From NCBI GenBank assembly GCA_963921275.4, contig OZ001293.3:4480001-4544000 (forward strand): DNA of 64,000 nucleotides, in the 5' to 3' direction. Both the position numbers and the translations under genes were made by a program. The notes under the pieces were generated by a model. It worked only from the letters and a program-made list of their open reading frames with translations. It had not been told where the DNA came from and did no database searches. The stretch comes from an uncultured Hormoscilla sp. GTDB lineage: Bacteria > Cyanobacteriota > Cyanobacteriia > Cyanobacteriales > Desertifilaceae. This document shows positions 43,901 through 55,337 of the stretch, in pieces; positions within the stretch are counted from its first letter, which is position 1, and every line of letters starts with the position of its first letter.

Positions 43901-45184
43901 TTACCACAGCGGTCTGAGGGTAGCGACCGCATATCTGTCAACGGAGAGATATTCCCTCGCCAAGCGCTGTAAATCTTCTGCTTGTAATGCTTGGATACTT
44001 GCCGGATAGGTGACTGATTGTTCGGCGGAGGCAATAGTGTTGTAGTATCCATAAAGACCAGCCAATTGTCCGGGGGTTTCCGTAGAAAAGGCATATTCAT
44101 TGCACAGTTGCCTCTTGCAGCGGGATATTTCCCAATCTGACACTGGTGTATTTTGTAACTCTACCACCTGTTCGCAAATCAGTCTTTCTACATATTCGAT
44201 ATATTGCGGTTCTAACCAGGCTGTAATCGTAAAGAGACTGGAGTCCCGTTGCAGGGAAAAGTCACTTAATATCCCTTGCACCAATTCTGACTCTTCCCGC
44301 AATTGGCGCACTAACCGGGAAGACCGACCCGCCGCTAACAGCACCGACAACAAGTCTAAACCGTGGGCATTTGACAACTTTTCTACTCCCGGTCCCGCCC
44401 AGGCCATCATCAGACGCGCTTGTTCCAACCGGGGCAAACTCAGGGAGCGACGCTCAATTTCCGCGATCGCAGGTGTTGATGATGCTAATCTGTAGAGGCG
44501 GTCTGCAATCGGACACTGCGATCGGGGACGAAAACCCTGGAAATTTTGGCTGACCAATTCTTTTGCCTTTTTCTGAGATATGCCTCCGACCACCACCACG
44601 GTCATATTTTCCGGTTGATAATAACACTGGTGGAAACGGTGCATCTGTGCGGGAGTCTGTTGCATCAGCTGCACCTGGGTACCCAGTACTGGCCTGCCGT
44701 AGGGATGTTGTGGATAGACCGTCTCCATCAAAGCTTGGAAACCCAACCAGTCGGGGTCGTCTTCTGATTGGCGAATTTCTTCCATCACCACTTCTCGTTC
44801 CCGGACAAACTCGCCGTCCGGGATAGCAGGATGCAGCAGCAACTCCGCCAGATAGGGGAGAGTTTCTTCTAAGTGCTCTACCGCAGCGATCATAAAATAA
44901 TGGGCAAAGTCATGGCTAGTTACAGCATTGCTGACTCCTCCCCGACGTTCGATCGCGCGATCGAACATGCCCGGGCCCACCCGCGCGGTACCCTTAAAAA
45001 TCATATGTTCTAGGAAGTGGGCCATCCCCGGGGCCTCAAGGGGGTCCACTGCCGCACCTGCCCGTACCCATACATCTACCACGGCAACTGGCGTTGCCGG
45101 AATTTCTTGATGGATAACAGTTAAGCCATTGTCCAGCTGGCAAATATTCGCTGGCAATCTGGAAATATCAAGCAATTGAGACAA
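43901..45184 (-). CDS. M16 family zinc peptidase (pitrilysin-like)
   Basis: GMAHFLEHMIFKGT (HXXEH). Confidence 0.93.
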   Translation of the reverse strand: MSQLLDISRLPANICQLDNGLTVIHQEIPATPVAVVDVWVRAGAAVDPLEAPGMAHFLEHMIFKGTARVGPGMFDRAIERRGGVSNAVTSHDFAHYFMIAAVEHLEETLPYLAELLLHPAIPDGEFVREREVVMEEIRQSEDDPDWLGFQALMETVYPQHPYGRPVLGTQVQLMQQTPAQMHRFHQCYYQPENMTVVVVGGISQKKAKELVSQNFQGFRPRSQCPIADRLYRLASSTPAIAEIERRSLSLPRLEQARLMMAWAGPGVEKLSNAHGLDLLSVLLAAGRSSRLVRQLREESELVQGILSDFSLQRDSSLFTITAWLEPQYIEYVERLICEQVVELQNTPVSDWEISRCKRQLCNEYAFSTETPGQLAGLYGYYNTIASAEQSVTYPASIQALQAEDLQRLAREYLSVDRYAVATLRPLW

Positions 45185-45342
45185 TTTTTGACATAGCTAG
45201 TGATGATGTTCCTCATTCTAGCCTCCGATCTCCAGCCAATTTGCAACATTTAATACAGTTTGTTCCTATTTGATGGTTTATTATGTCGTCAATGCTGCTG
45301 CGGCGTAGCAAGTGCTTCGCCCCTGACGCCGTTTCTCACAAC

Positions 45343-45749
45343 TCACTGATTCCAAAACTCTAGGTCTTTAAACGCAGCCAAGTCTCGGTAATTTATTGTC
45401 CATACTGGACAGCGGTAGCGTCGGGCAGTTAAGATCACTGTGGCATCTTCTAAACTACCACCCCAATTTGAAAAAGTTCTGACTAACGTTTGTAGTTCTT
45501 CTAGTTCCAATTGACCAATAGGGACTAGGTTAAAGCTCTCTAGCATCATATCAAGTGTACTTTGAGCTGTGCTTGGGTTTACTCTTTGTAATAGCCATTT
45601 GTAGACCTCGAAGACAATGGGAATGGGAACAATATGGCAGTTTTTCCTTGCTGTAACTGGTTAACAGCCGCTACACATTCGTTATGTTGCGGATCTTTAG
45701 CATAAAAGAAGCTAATGAGGGGACCCGCGTCAACCACCAGTTTTTTCAA
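45343..45749 (-). pseudogene. PIN/VapC toxin, frameshifted
   Basis: MKKLVVDAGPLISFF N-terminus; frame change near 45635; C-terminal SLEDA…VWTINYRDL. Confidence 0.75.
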
Positions 45750-45950
45750 TTAATTTGCTCCTAGAACTTGATTTTCGGGCGCTTCCTTAACCAGTCCTGC
45801 TAAGGATATCAATCTTGAAAGATATTTAAATTCTGGTTCGAGCGGTATTGCCGACTTCAGCAAGCGGCATAATTCCTCACTCGAATGATACTTGAGATAC
45901 TTATCCAGTAGGTCAACTAACTCCTCGGGCAGCTCAATAGTTCGTTTCAT
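45750..45950 (-). CDS. Probable antitoxin (RHH-like)
   Basis: MKRTIELPEELVDLLDKYLK; abuts the PIN gene. Confidence 0.6.
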   Translation of the reverse strand: MKRTIELPEELVDLLDKYLKYHSSEELCRLLKSAIPLEPEFKYLSRLISLAGLVKEAPENQVLGAN

Positions 45951-46094
45951 AACACAAGTGATCTAATGCTACACGTTTATTATACACCAATGCGCCCGTT
46001 CGCGTGGCAATCCTTAACTCCTGGAAACTGCCTCCTATGGCCCGGCCACGCACGGGCGTGGCCAAATTTGATTTACCCCTTACCCATGCTGTTT

Positions 46095-47045
46095 TTATCC
46101 TAGGGCTTCTGCACCACCCACAACTTCCAGAATTTCTTGGGTAATTGCAGCTTGTCGCGCTTTGTTGTAAGACAGCGTCAGGGTTTTGATCAACTCACTG
46201 GCGTTATCGCTGGCATTGTTCATCGCCGTCATCCGCGCCGCTAACTCACTTGCCGCTGATTCTTGGAGCGATCGCAACAACTGATTATTCAGGTACAGTG
46301 GTAAAAGAGCTTGCAGAATTTGTACCGGATCCTGCTCGAATATCATCTCACGCGGCATACTTTCGGGAGTGGCACGGATGACCTTTTCCCGCGTCACCTT
46401 AAAATCACCCCCACTGCTCGTCAGTCGGAATATTTCATCATCTTGAGCTTCCAAACCTTGCGGGTCCAAGGGCATCAGGGTTTGCACTACCGGTCGCGAG
46501 CTAATTAAAGACACAAATTTGCTATAGATCAACTCCACCTTATCCACTGATTCTGAGAGGAACAACGATAGCAGTTCGTCAGCAATCATCGAAGCTTCCG
46601 CTGATGTCGGAATCTGCTCTAGACCGTTGTACGTTGCATCGATCGGTTGATTCCGGCGTTGGAAATATTGGATCGCTTTGCGACCTACCAGGACATATTT
46701 ATAATCGCGACCTTCCGCCTTGATTTCCTTGGCCCGATTTTCTGCCCTCTTGATCACGTTATTATTGTATGCTCCGCACAGGCCCCGATCGCCCGACACC
46801 ACCAGCAGTCCCACTGTTTTCACCGGTCGCTTTTTCAGCAGGGGTAGGTCCACATCTTCAAACTTCAGGCGACCCTGAAGCCGATACAGCACCTGGGCCA
46901 ACCGGTCTGCAAATGGACGAGTTGCTATTACCTGTTCCTGGGCTCTACGTACTTTTGCTGCTGCGACCAAACGCATCGCTTCGGTAATTTTTTTCGTGTT
47001 CTTTACCGACCAGATTCTGTCTCTAATTGCTTTAAGATTTGCCAT
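46095..47045 (-). CDS. atpG: ATP synthase F1 gamma (atpC in cyanobacterial nomenclature)
   Basis: [39 protein letters not shown]. Confidence 0.97.
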   Translation of the reverse strand: MANLKAIRDRIWSVKNTKKITEAMRLVAAAKVRRAQEQVIATRPFADRLAQVLYRLQGRLKFEDVDLPLLKKRPVKTVGLLVVSGDRGLCGAYNNNVIKRAENRAKEIKAEGRDYKYVLVGRKAIQYFQRRNQPIDATYNGLEQIPTSAEASMIADELLSLFLSESVDKVELIYSKFVSLISSRPVVQTLMPLDPQGLEAQDDEIFRLTSSGGDFKVTREKVIRATPESMPREMIFEQDPVQILQALLPLYLNNQLLRSLQESAASELAARMTAMNNASDNASELIKTLTLSYNKARQAAITQEILEVVGGAEALG

Positions 47046-47214
47046 ATTTCCTACTCTTCCCTTTGCTTACCCTAGTTACTAATTGCTAATTGCTAATTTT
47101 TAGCCGTAGGGTGGGCACTGCCCACCTTACTTGCCCGATCGTCTATCACAACTGACCACTTACAACTGACCACTTACAACTGACCACTTACAACTGACCA
47201 GCAACAATTTACAA

Positions 47215-48732
47215 TTAAGCTGATACCAAGAACGTCTTCTTGTATTCTGCGATCGCCTCTTTCAAGATGCCTTCAGCTTCATCTGTCAGCTTCTTATCCG
47301 AACGGATAATTTCTGCAAACTTCGGCTTGTTATTTGTCAGATAAGAACGCAGTCCCTGGGCAAAACTGGCTACTTTTTCTGTCGCTATATCATCCAGATA
47401 GCCATTCAGACCCGCATAGACTATCGCCACCTGTTCGTACACGTTTAGCGGTGAATTTTGCGGCTGTTTCAGCAGTTCCTGCAATCGTTGACCCCGGGAC
47501 AGTTGGTCCTGAGTCGCTTTATCCAAATCTGAAGCAAACTGAGCAAAGGCCCGCAAATCGTCGTACTGCGCCAACTCCAGCTTCAACTTCCCTGCCACCT
47601 GTTTCATGGCTTTTATCTGTGCCGCAGAACCTACCCGCGACACCGAAATACCCGCGTTAATTGCCGGTCGCTGACCCGAGTTGAACAGGTCAGAAGACAG
47701 GAATATCTGTCCATCCGTAATCGAAATCACATTCGTGGGAATATAGGCCGACACGTCACCAGCCTGAGTTTCAATAATCGGCAGTGCTGTCATGCTACCG
47801 CCACCCAGTTTGTCATTCAGTTTAGCTGCCCGTTCTAGCAAGCGCGAGTGGATATAGAACACATCTCCCGGATAAGCTTCCCGACCCGGGGGACGCCGCA
47901 GCAGCAGTGACATCTGGCGATAGGCTTGGGCTTGCTTGGAGAGGTCATCGTAGATCGTCAGGGTCGCCTTGCCATTGTACATGAAGTATTCCGCTATGGT
48001 CGCCCCCGCGTAAGGAGCCAGGTATTGCAGCGTCGCTGGATCGCTAGCATTGGCCGCCACCACGATCGTGTAGTCCATTGCCCCTTTTTCCTCCAGGGTT
48101 GCCACTACCTGGGCCACCGTGGAAGCCTTTTGACCGATCGCCACGTACACGCAGATCACATCTTCTTCTTTTTGATTGATGATCGTGTCGATCGCCACCG
48201 TTGTTTTGCCTGTTTGTCTGTCACCAATGATCAGTTCCCGCTGACCCCGTCCGATCGGAATCATCGCGTCTATAGCAGTGATTCCCGTTTGCATCGGTTC
48301 GTAAACCGACCGACGGGCCACAATTCCCGGTGCTGGCGATTCTAGCAGGCGGCTTTCTGTCGTGTTGATTTCCCCTTTTCCATCTATTGGTTGTCCCAAG
48401 GAGTTCACCACCCGCCCCAGCATCGCCTCTCCCACTGGCACCTGAGCAATTTTGCCTGTAGAAGTCACCGAACTGCCTTCTTGGATGTCGCGGCCTTCAC
48501 CCATCAGCACCGCACCCACATTATCTTCTTCCAGGTTCAAGGCGATGCCTATTGTCCCATCTTCAAACTCTAGCAATTCCGCCGCCATTGCCTTTTCCAG
48601 ACCGTATATCCGGGCAATGCCGTCACCTACTTGCAACACTGTCCCCACATTTTGGGCTTTTACCTGTTGATCGTACTGCTCGATTTGTTGCCGAATGATG
48701 CTGCTGATTTCGTCAGGTCTGATTGCTACCAT
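47215..48732 (-). CDS. atpA: ATP synthase F1 alpha
   Basis: [20 protein letters not shown]. Confidence 0.98.
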   Translation of the reverse strand: MVAIRPDEISSIIRQQIEQYDQQVKAQNVGTVLQVGDGIARIYGLEKAMAAELLEFEDGTIGIALNLEEDNVGAVLMGEGRDIQEGSSVTSTGKIAQVPVGEAMLGRVVNSLGQPIDGKGEINTTESRLLESPAPGIVARRSVYEPMQTGITAIDAMIPIGRGQRELIIGDRQTGKTTVAIDTIINQKEEDVICVYVAIGQKASTVAQVVATLEEKGAMDYTIVVAANASDPATLQYLAPYAGATIAEYFMYNGKATLTIYDDLSKQAQAYRQMSLLLRRPPGREAYPGDVFYIHSRLLERAAKLNDKLGGGSMTALPIIETQAGDVSAYIPTNVISITDGQIFLSSDLFNSGQRPAINAGISVSRVGSAAQIKAMKQVAGKLKLELAQYDDLRAFAQFASDLDKATQDQLSRGQRLQELLKQPQNSPLNVYEQVAIVYAGLNGYLDDIATEKVASFAQGLRSYLTNNKPKFAEIIRSDKKLTDEAEGILKEAIAEYKKTFLVSA

Positions 48733-48795
48733 ATCTTTTCTCTGTTTTCAATCGTCAATTTGCTTCCGTTTCCCTTATTTTCTTCTGGGCCGCGC

Positions 48796-49356
48796 TCAAC
48801 TTGCCGCATTCAGGGATATGCCAATTCTTCGCAGCTGTCCCCGCAGACTTGCATCTATTACCTGAGAGCCTACTTTTATTATCACCCCTCCGATTATTTC
48901 TGGATCGATTTTGCTTTCCAGTTCTACTGCTGCTGCACCTGTCATCCCCTTTACCCGATCGATCGCTGCTTGTTTTTGTGCTTCTGTCAGTTCCACTGTC
49001 GAGGTCACTTCTGCCAACACCGTTTGGTTTAGCTTCCGCAATATTGCCTGATACTGCTTGCAAATACCTTCTAGGAACTGGATCCGACGCCTGTCTACTA
49101 GCAGCATTAAAAAGTTGAGCGTATAGGGGTGCATCCGATCGCCTCCCACCTGCCGCAGCACGGCTTTCTTTGCCTCTGGTTTAATCAAGGGATTAGCTAT
49201 CAACTGACTTAACTCTGGAGAACTTGACAGCATCTCCAGTATATCTCGCACGTCCTCTCCCAATCTTTCTGTCAAGTTTTGCCCTTGCGCTAGAGACATC
49301 AGTCCCTCTGCATAAGGCTCCACTATTTCACCGATCACCATCCCGCCTTTCATCAC
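48796..49356 (-). CDS. atpH: ATP synthase F1 delta (atpD in cyanobacterial nomenclature)
   Basis: EPYAEGL, IIGGVIIKVGSQVIDASL; operon position. Confidence 0.95.
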   Translation of the reverse strand: MMKGGMVIGEIVEPYAEGLMSLAQGQNLTERLGEDVRDILEMLSSSPELSQLIANPLIKPEAKKAVLRQVGGDRMHPYTLNFLMLLVDRRRIQFLEGICKQYQAILRKLNQTVLAEVTSTVELTEAQKQAAIDRVKGMTGAAAVELESKIDPEIIGGVIIKVGSQVIDASLRGQLRRIGISLNAAS

Positions 49357-49883
49357 TAACCTCCCAGCATTGCGATGCTACGGTCAATTAACTGTTGTTG
49401 AGCGCCAGCGTCTACAGATTCTTTCAGCCTCGACTCCGATCGTGACAGCGCCATTTCTACTACTCGCCGTCGCAGTTGGGCGATCGCCCGTTTTTTTTCC
49501 AAATTCAAATCCTGCACTGCCTCTTCTCGCAAGCGTTCTATCTCCTTCTCTGACTTAGCCAAGATTTCTTGTTTTGCCGACTCTGCTCTTTTCTCCGCCT
49601 CTTTTTTGATCTTTTCTGCCTCAGCTTGGGCCGCCGCCAACTTTTGCTGCTGATCTGCTAGGACTGCCGCCGCCTCTTTCTGTCTTGCTTCTACTTCTTT
49701 TATTGTCGAGGCTATTTCCGAGCTTCTCGTTTTCAGGGTTTCCCCTAACACCTTACTGCCCAAATAGTACAAAATCCAAATTACAATTGCCAGGTTAATC
49801 AGGTTAGTTTCTAAAATGTTAAAGTTCAATCCGAAACCACCTTCATGACTAGCTTCTGTTGCTAGCAATAAAACTTTCTCCAT
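49356..49883 (-). CDS. atpF: ATP synthase F0 subunit b
   Basis: FGLNFNILETNLINLAI plus coiled coil. Confidence 0.95.
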   Translation of the reverse strand: MEKVLLLATEASHEGGFGLNFNILETNLINLAIVIWILYYLGSKVLGETLKTRSSEIASTIKEVEARQKEAAAVLADQQQKLAAAQAEAEKIKKEAEKRAESAKQEILAKSEKEIERLREEAVQDLNLEKKRAIAQLRRRVVEMALSRSESRLKESVDAGAQQQLIDRSIAMLGG

Positions 49884-49927
49884 TTTCTTTTCCTATCCCA
49901 TCAACATTTTACCTCGAACCTCCCTAA

Positions 49928-50359
49928 CTATCTTACCAGTTCTGGTCCCAATATTTTTTCCAGAATCTGGCGACTGAGGCCATCCACCTGTTGTTCTAGC
50001 TGTTGCATTGCCTCTTGCTTTTGCTGCTCTATTTCTTTGGCCGCCTCTTCTCGCCTTGCTTGAGCTTCTTTGAGCGCCTCGGCTATTTGACTTGAGGTTA
50101 TTTTCTGGACTTCCGCCTGGGCCGATGCCACTATTTCTTGAGACTGTCTAATGCTAGTCGCCAGCTCTTTTTCATATTGTTGAGCTAATTCTTCCGCTTT
50201 CGCCAACCTCTCTTTCGCTCCTCGTTCATTTTTTCTAATGTACTCCGAGCGTTCTTCTATTGCCTTAGTCAGTGGCTTGTAAAAAACTGCGTTTAATACT
50301 ACTGCCAGGATCAAAAACTGTACTGCCATCACTGGCAGGGTTGCATCAAAATCAAACAT
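49928..50359 (-). CDS. ATP synthase F0 subunit b'
   Basis: [18 protein letters not shown]. Confidence 0.95.
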   Translation of the reverse strand: MFDFDATLPVMAVQFLILAVVLNAVFYKPLTKAIEERSEYIRKNERGAKERLAKAEELAQQYEKELATSIRQSQEIVASAQAEVQKITSSQIAEALKEAQARREEAAKEIEQQKQEAMQQLEQQVDGLSRQILEKILGPELVR

Positions 50360-50466
50360 TTCCGTCCCCTTGCTGACGCCTCACCTATTCTTCTCCATTT
50401 TTACCCACTTCTCGGACGTAAGCATTCAGCTGCTGGCCGCTGAATGCTGAATGCTTACCTCACTTT

Positions 50467-50751
<285 letters not shown>

Positions 50752-50795
50752 TTATTTTACTCCCATGGGAGTCATTGAGATGCAAGCTTTTTTCT

Positions 50796-51542
50796 TCAAT
50801 GTCCTTCCCCTTCAGTTTCCATCGCCTCATGAATGTAGGCGGCTGCCAAGGTGGCGAACACTAGAGCTTGAATTGCGCTAGTAAATAGGCCTAGCAGCAT
50901 TAATGGTAGAGGCACGAACAGGGGAACCAGTAATACTAGCACCGCCACCACCAGTTCGTCTGCGAGGATATTACCAAATAGACGGAAGCTGAGGGACAGG
51001 GGCTTAGTAAAATCTTCCAAAATTTTGATCGGCAATAGGATCGGTATGGGCTGGACATAGTTAGCAAAGTAACCCAGGCCCTTCTTGCGAAAACCTGCGT
51101 ATAAATATGCCAGAGATGTCAGCAACGCCAGGGCCACCGTCGTATTGATATCGTTTGTCGGAGCCGCCAGTTCCCCCTCTGGCAAATGGATCAGTCTCCA
51201 GGGCATCAACGCCCCCGACCAATTTGACACGAAGATGAACAAAAATAAAGTACCTATAAATGGCACCCAGGGGCGATATTCTTTTTCCCCCAGTTGGTTT
51301 TTTGCCAGGTCCCGAACGAATTCCAGAGCATATTCCATGAAATTTTGCATTCCTGCAGGCACTCTCTGGATATTGCGAGTAGCTAGCACTGAGGCTATTA
51401 CCAACAGGGCGATTACAAACCATGAAGTCAGCAATACCTGGCCGTGGACTTTCAGATTCCCAATTTCCCAGTATAAATGCTCGCCGACTTCTATTTTTGC
51501 GAGATGCAGGCTATTGGCAAAAAGCAGATTTAGCGTTTCCAT
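50796..51542 (-). CDS. atpB: ATP synthase F0 subunit a
   Basis: [29 protein letters not shown]. Confidence 0.97.
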   Translation of the reverse strand: METLNLLFANSLHLAKIEVGEHLYWEIGNLKVHGQVLLTSWFVIALLVIASVLATRNIQRVPAGMQNFMEYALEFVRDLAKNQLGEKEYRPWVPFIGTLFLFIFVSNWSGALMPWRLIHLPEGELAAPTNDINTTVALALLTSLAYLYAGFRKKGLGYFANYVQPIPILLPIKILEDFTKPLSLSFRLFGNILADELVVAVLVLLVPLFVPLPLMLLGLFTSAIQALVFATLAAAYIHEAMETEGEGH

Positions 51543-51595
51543 TCTTCCGTGAGTCTCTAAGCTCCGATTGGCAGGATTCCTTCACCTAAAGTTTG

Positions 51596-52012
51596 TCAGC
51601 TTTTAACGATATCACCAAACATGTAAAAGATGATGGCGGCTTTATAGGTCAGAAATCCCAGAAATATGGGGATTATCTGCAACTGGTCTAATTGGGAGGC
51701 GAGGATTATCACCCCCATTAGCACAGCCAGTCGCTCCTTGCTGATGCGATTTTTCGATCGTCCCAGCTGCTCTACGTTTCTGGCCAACATCTTTAAGTAA
51801 ACCACACCCGTGCCTGCCCCGATTAAATAATTTAGGGCAATGTCAAGGGAGTAGACCATCCAGACACTGATAAATATCACCCCTGTCACGGCCAGAGTCA
51901 CCATCAACAGGTTCTGTTGCAGCCGGTGGTACTCCAGCATAGAGGTGTTTGGTTCGGGTAGGACAGAACCCCCAAGGCGATTCTCTGTGGTTTCCCGGTC
52001 AGAGTCGTTCAC
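51596..52012 (-). CDS. ATP synthase protein I (Atp1)
   Basis: Hydrophobic protein, [23 protein letters not shown]; first gene of the operon. Confidence 0.88.
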   Translation of the reverse strand: MNDSDRETTENRLGGSVLPEPNTSMLEYHRLQQNLLMVTLAVTGVIFISVWMVYSLDIALNYLIGAGTGVVYLKMLARNVEQLGRSKNRISKERLAVLMGVIILASQLDQLQIIPIFLGFLTYKAAIIFYMFGDIVKS

Positions 52013-52125
52013 TTCTACTTGGCCCCTTATGCAGTTATGATTGACGTTAGTTTACAAACCATCTGAAATCATATCATGTATGGCAAGCACTTATAAAGAA
52101 AAAGTTAAGCAAATTTTTGCACAAG

Positions 52126-53307
52126 TCAGGCTGTCTGTAGCAGCAGCAACTGTTGGCTGTGGAGTCTGCGCACTGCCGGTAGTCCCAAGTTCACTTCTGC
52201 CAAGACTTCTGTTACTGTTCGGGTGCCGTCACAAGCTAGCAGAAAGGCGAACTCCCCCTCTGCTAGCGTCACTGGCTGGTAGTCATGATTCAGGAAAGAC
52301 TGACTCGGCCATCCATGCATACAAGGGTTTACTTCCCCTATGGCCCCTAATAGCCGTTTGTCTGGGGACCAGTCGGGTTTGGCTAGGGGCGGACGGCCTA
52401 GGAAGAACTCGTAATGGGTGATTTCTGGATCTAGCAGTTCTATTAACCGGTATCTGGCCCGATCGCCCAACTGTGATGCCCGGGCCATTAATTCTGGGGA
52501 CTTGCCCACCAGTCGTTCGATATTCCAGTATTGGGGGTTGGAGAAACCGATGAACTCTAACCCCGAGGCATCAATCAGTTCAAACAGGGTATTGATGTTA
52601 TAGTCAATTTCCTGGGGATGGACGTACATGTCGGCGAAGCACTCGTCCTGATGGTTTTCCAGGGACCAGCTCTGTTTGTCTTGCTTGACAATTCTGTTGT
52701 TTTCTGGTAAAGCGGCAAACAGTTGCCGACCGATCTGGACCCCATCCCGGTAGTCCCCCTGGCGATCGCCTTGCAGGAGGGAGATGGCCTGTTGCATGAG
52801 GCGAATTTCCCAACGTCCCAGTTCGGCATAGACGAATATATGCATGATACCACCAGTAGCCAATTTAGCAGCCAGTGCTTGGATGCCTCGGATGGGGTCC
52901 GGTAGGTGATGCAGGACGCCGACACAGTTAATCAGATCGAATTTACCAGGGAGTTGGTCGAGATTGTAGAGGCTGAGGTGATGAAATTCCGCCCGGTCGG
53001 CACCCGATCGCTGACAGCGTTCCTTGGCCAGGGCCAAAGCTTGTCCGCTGAGATCGATGCCAATGATAGATGCTTGGGGGTTGAGGTGAACCAGATATTC
53101 CGTACTCACGCCAGTGCCGCAACCAGCATCGAGGATGCGGATATCTTGCTTTTGGGGTATTTGCCCGGTGCAAAAGTGATGTGCAGTTAACCAGTTCCAG
53201 CGCCAGTTGTACCCTGGAGGAGGTTCGTCTAGCAATGGGTCCGGCGGAAAAGGATAGGTGTCGTAGAGTTTCGCCACGGAGTCGGCGATCGCCTGGTTGT
53301 CTGACAT
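52126..53307 (-). CDS. Class I SAM-dependent methyltransferase (conserved upstream of the cyanobacterial atp operon)
   Basis: LYDTYPFP, ILDAGCGTG, CVGVLHHL. Confidence 0.9.
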   Translation of the reverse strand: MSDNQAIADSVAKLYDTYPFPPDPLLDEPPPGYNWRWNWLTAHHFCTGQIPQKQDIRILDAGCGTGVSTEYLVHLNPQASIIGIDLSGQALALAKERCQRSGADRAEFHHLSLYNLDQLPGKFDLINCVGVLHHLPDPIRGIQALAAKLATGGIMHIFVYAELGRWEIRLMQQAISLLQGDRQGDYRDGVQIGRQLFAALPENNRIVKQDKQSWSLENHQDECFADMYVHPQEIDYNINTLFELIDASGLEFIGFSNPQYWNIERLVGKSPELMARASQLGDRARYRLIELLDPEITHYEFFLGRPPLAKPDWSPDKRLLGAIGEVNPCMHGWPSQSFLNHDYQPVTLAEGEFAFLLACDGTRTVTEVLAEVNLGLPAVRRLHSQQLLLLQTA

Positions 53308-54029
53308 GGACTGTATGCTTTGCCCACTGGGAATCTAAGATGGTCCGGTGGATGCTGTCCACCAGGGTTTATTGTACTGCGATCGCTGCCCGCCACTTTG
53401 CAAAAACGAGAAAAGATGCTATATCTTTCACTACAAGCATTATAAGCACCTCTGTACCTCGTTTCCAGGCGATCGCCTGGAAACGAGTTCTCTTGTAGGT
53501 GGCGATCGAGATGTCAGGATTTTGCTAGGAATGATCGAGCTATGTCTGCTACCAACAACACCAACAATACTTTGCGTCTGTACCAATACCTCTCGGTGCG
53601 GTGCGATGCTAACCGCGTTTCGGTGGAGACTGTTTTCTGGATGTGACCGGTGCTTAAAGAAGGTTTTTCCGGTTATTTACGTATAGGTATGTTCTTGACC
53701 CATTTTAGGGGCTCGTGGGTGGCTCGTGGGTGGCTCGTGGTCGGATCATGGTGGGCTTTAAAGGGATGCTTGGGAGCGGGAGCTTTATGCAGTATTGGGT
53801 AATTTTTTTTGTCGATCGCTATCGGGGCGATCTTTGCTTCTAGTACAGCCGGTGATTTATGAGGCTTTGGTTCGGTGCCGGTCTGTTCTGAGAATCTGAT
53901 TGCTTAATGACCGGCGATTGGCCTCAAGTACGGGTAAAACAATTGCCCAACTTCATTGCCATGCAAGGGCTGTAAAATAAGTGGCAAGGTTGCCGATCGC
54001 CCTTTACTCAATCCACAGGAGACTTCATC

Positions 54030-54440
54030 ATGGGCCGTAAGTTCGCCGAAATTGCTTTCACCCCCTCCGTCAAAGCCATTCAGGAACGGATGGACTCGCG
54101 GGAGTCCTATCAACGATTTGAAGAAGGAGATTTGGGCAACGATCTCCTCACGCCCCAACTGATAGAATTCATTGCCGAACGGGAAAGTTTCTACATCGGT
54201 AGCAACAATGCTAATGGCTGGCCTTACATTCAATTTCGCGGTGCCAAACCGGGTTTTCTCAAGGTTCTCGATGAACAAACCCTGGGTTTTGCTGATTTTG
54301 AAGTGAAGCTTATATGGTTGAGTTATTTGGTGGGTGGGTTAAGGCAGAAGTGGGAAGTGATTTCGTTCCTGCTGCCGAGAACGAACCCGGTGCCTTTATG
54401 GAAACTATTGGCGTGGAAACTGTTTATCCCCACCAGTTGA
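54030..54440 (+). pseudogene. Pyridoxamine 5'-phosphate oxidase-like gene truncated by a deletion and fused to another gene's 3' end
   Basis: MGRKFAEIAFTPSVKAIQE…GWPYIQFRG…LGFADF; sequence becomes unrelated after ~54300. Confidence 0.7.
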
Positions 54441-54455
54441 AATTAGCGAAAACTA

Positions 54456-54662
54456 ATGCGTTATGCAGTTGTGATTGAAAAAGCAGCAGGTAACTATTCG
54501 GCTTACGTTCCTGACTTACCCGGATGCGTGGCCACAGGCTCAACGATCGAGGAAACTCAACAGCATATTCAAGAGGCGATCGCTTTTCATTTGGACGGTT
54601 TAAAAGAAGAGGGTTTTCCCATTCCCGAACCGACAGCGATCTGCGAGTATGTGGAAGCGTAA
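54456..54662 (+). CDS. HicB-family antitoxin (no intact HicA adjacent)
   Basis: YAVVIEK…YSAYVPDLPGCVATGSTIEE…EAIAFHLDGL. Confidence 0.9.
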   Translation: MRYAVVIEKAAGNYSAYVPDLPGCVATGSTIEETQQHIQEAIAFHLDGLKEEGFPIPEPTAICEYVEA

Positions 54663-54705
54663 GTAAACCTGCCTTTAACCCCTAAACCCCTAACCGAGAG
54701 GTATT

Positions 54706-54900
54706 GGCTCGGGTGCGGCTCGGGTGCGGCTCGGGTGTGGCTCGGGTGCGGCTCGGGTGTGGCTCGGGTGCGGCTCGGGTGCGGCTCGGGTGTGGCTCGG
54801 GTGCGGCTCGGGTGTGGCTCGGGTGCGGCTCAACCTCGGCTCAACCTCGGCTCAACCTCGGCTCAACCTCGGCTCGACCTCGGCTCAACCTCGGCTCGGG
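54706..54900. repeat. 11-bp tandem array: ~11x GGCTCGGGTG(C/T), then ~6x GGCTCAACCTC
   Basis: Direct inspection. Confidence 0.9.
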
Positions 54901-54953
54901 TATGGCTACTGGCGTGTAAGCAATTTCGCTGAGGGCTGTTGCTTTGCGATCGC

Positions 54954-55220
54954 CTAAGATCTGGGATGGCTGCGAACGTGGTAGTCTTCTCCGATAACTT
55001 CCAGAATGTCACCGGGATGAAGTAAAGGATAGATGCTGTGTCGCTTTTCCCACACGCCTCTTCCCGTGCCTGGGTCCGGACAGGTGATGCGGTAGGTATT
55101 CGCTAGCACTCGCTCTACTTGGCAATTCGGTGGTAGAATCAGAGAAATGAGGGTGCAGGTGGTATCGCTGTCGATCATGTTCGGATTCTGAGAACAAAAG
55201 ATGATAAAGCAGTAGGGCAC
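54954..55220 (-). CDS. Small hypothetical protein
   Basis: Open 88-aa frame with plausible composition; no motif recognised. Confidence 0.4.
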   Translation of the reverse strand: MPYCFIIFCSQNPNMIDSDTTCTLISLILPPNCQVERVLANTYRITCPDPGTGRGVWEKRHSIYPLLHPGDILEVIGEDYHVRSHPRS

Positions 55221-55337
55221 CTTCCATCGCCCACCACCAGTAACTTCCTGTTGGGGCAGGTTGAGATGAGCACTTGCCCATTACTAATCTAAAGGCAAAG
55301 CCTTTCATATAGGATAAAGTATGCCAGCAGACTTGCC

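Noticed and set aside
54704..54957. Low-complexity ORFs (ARVRLGCGSG…)
   Set aside because: By-products of a stop-free 11-bp tandem repeat open in all three frames.
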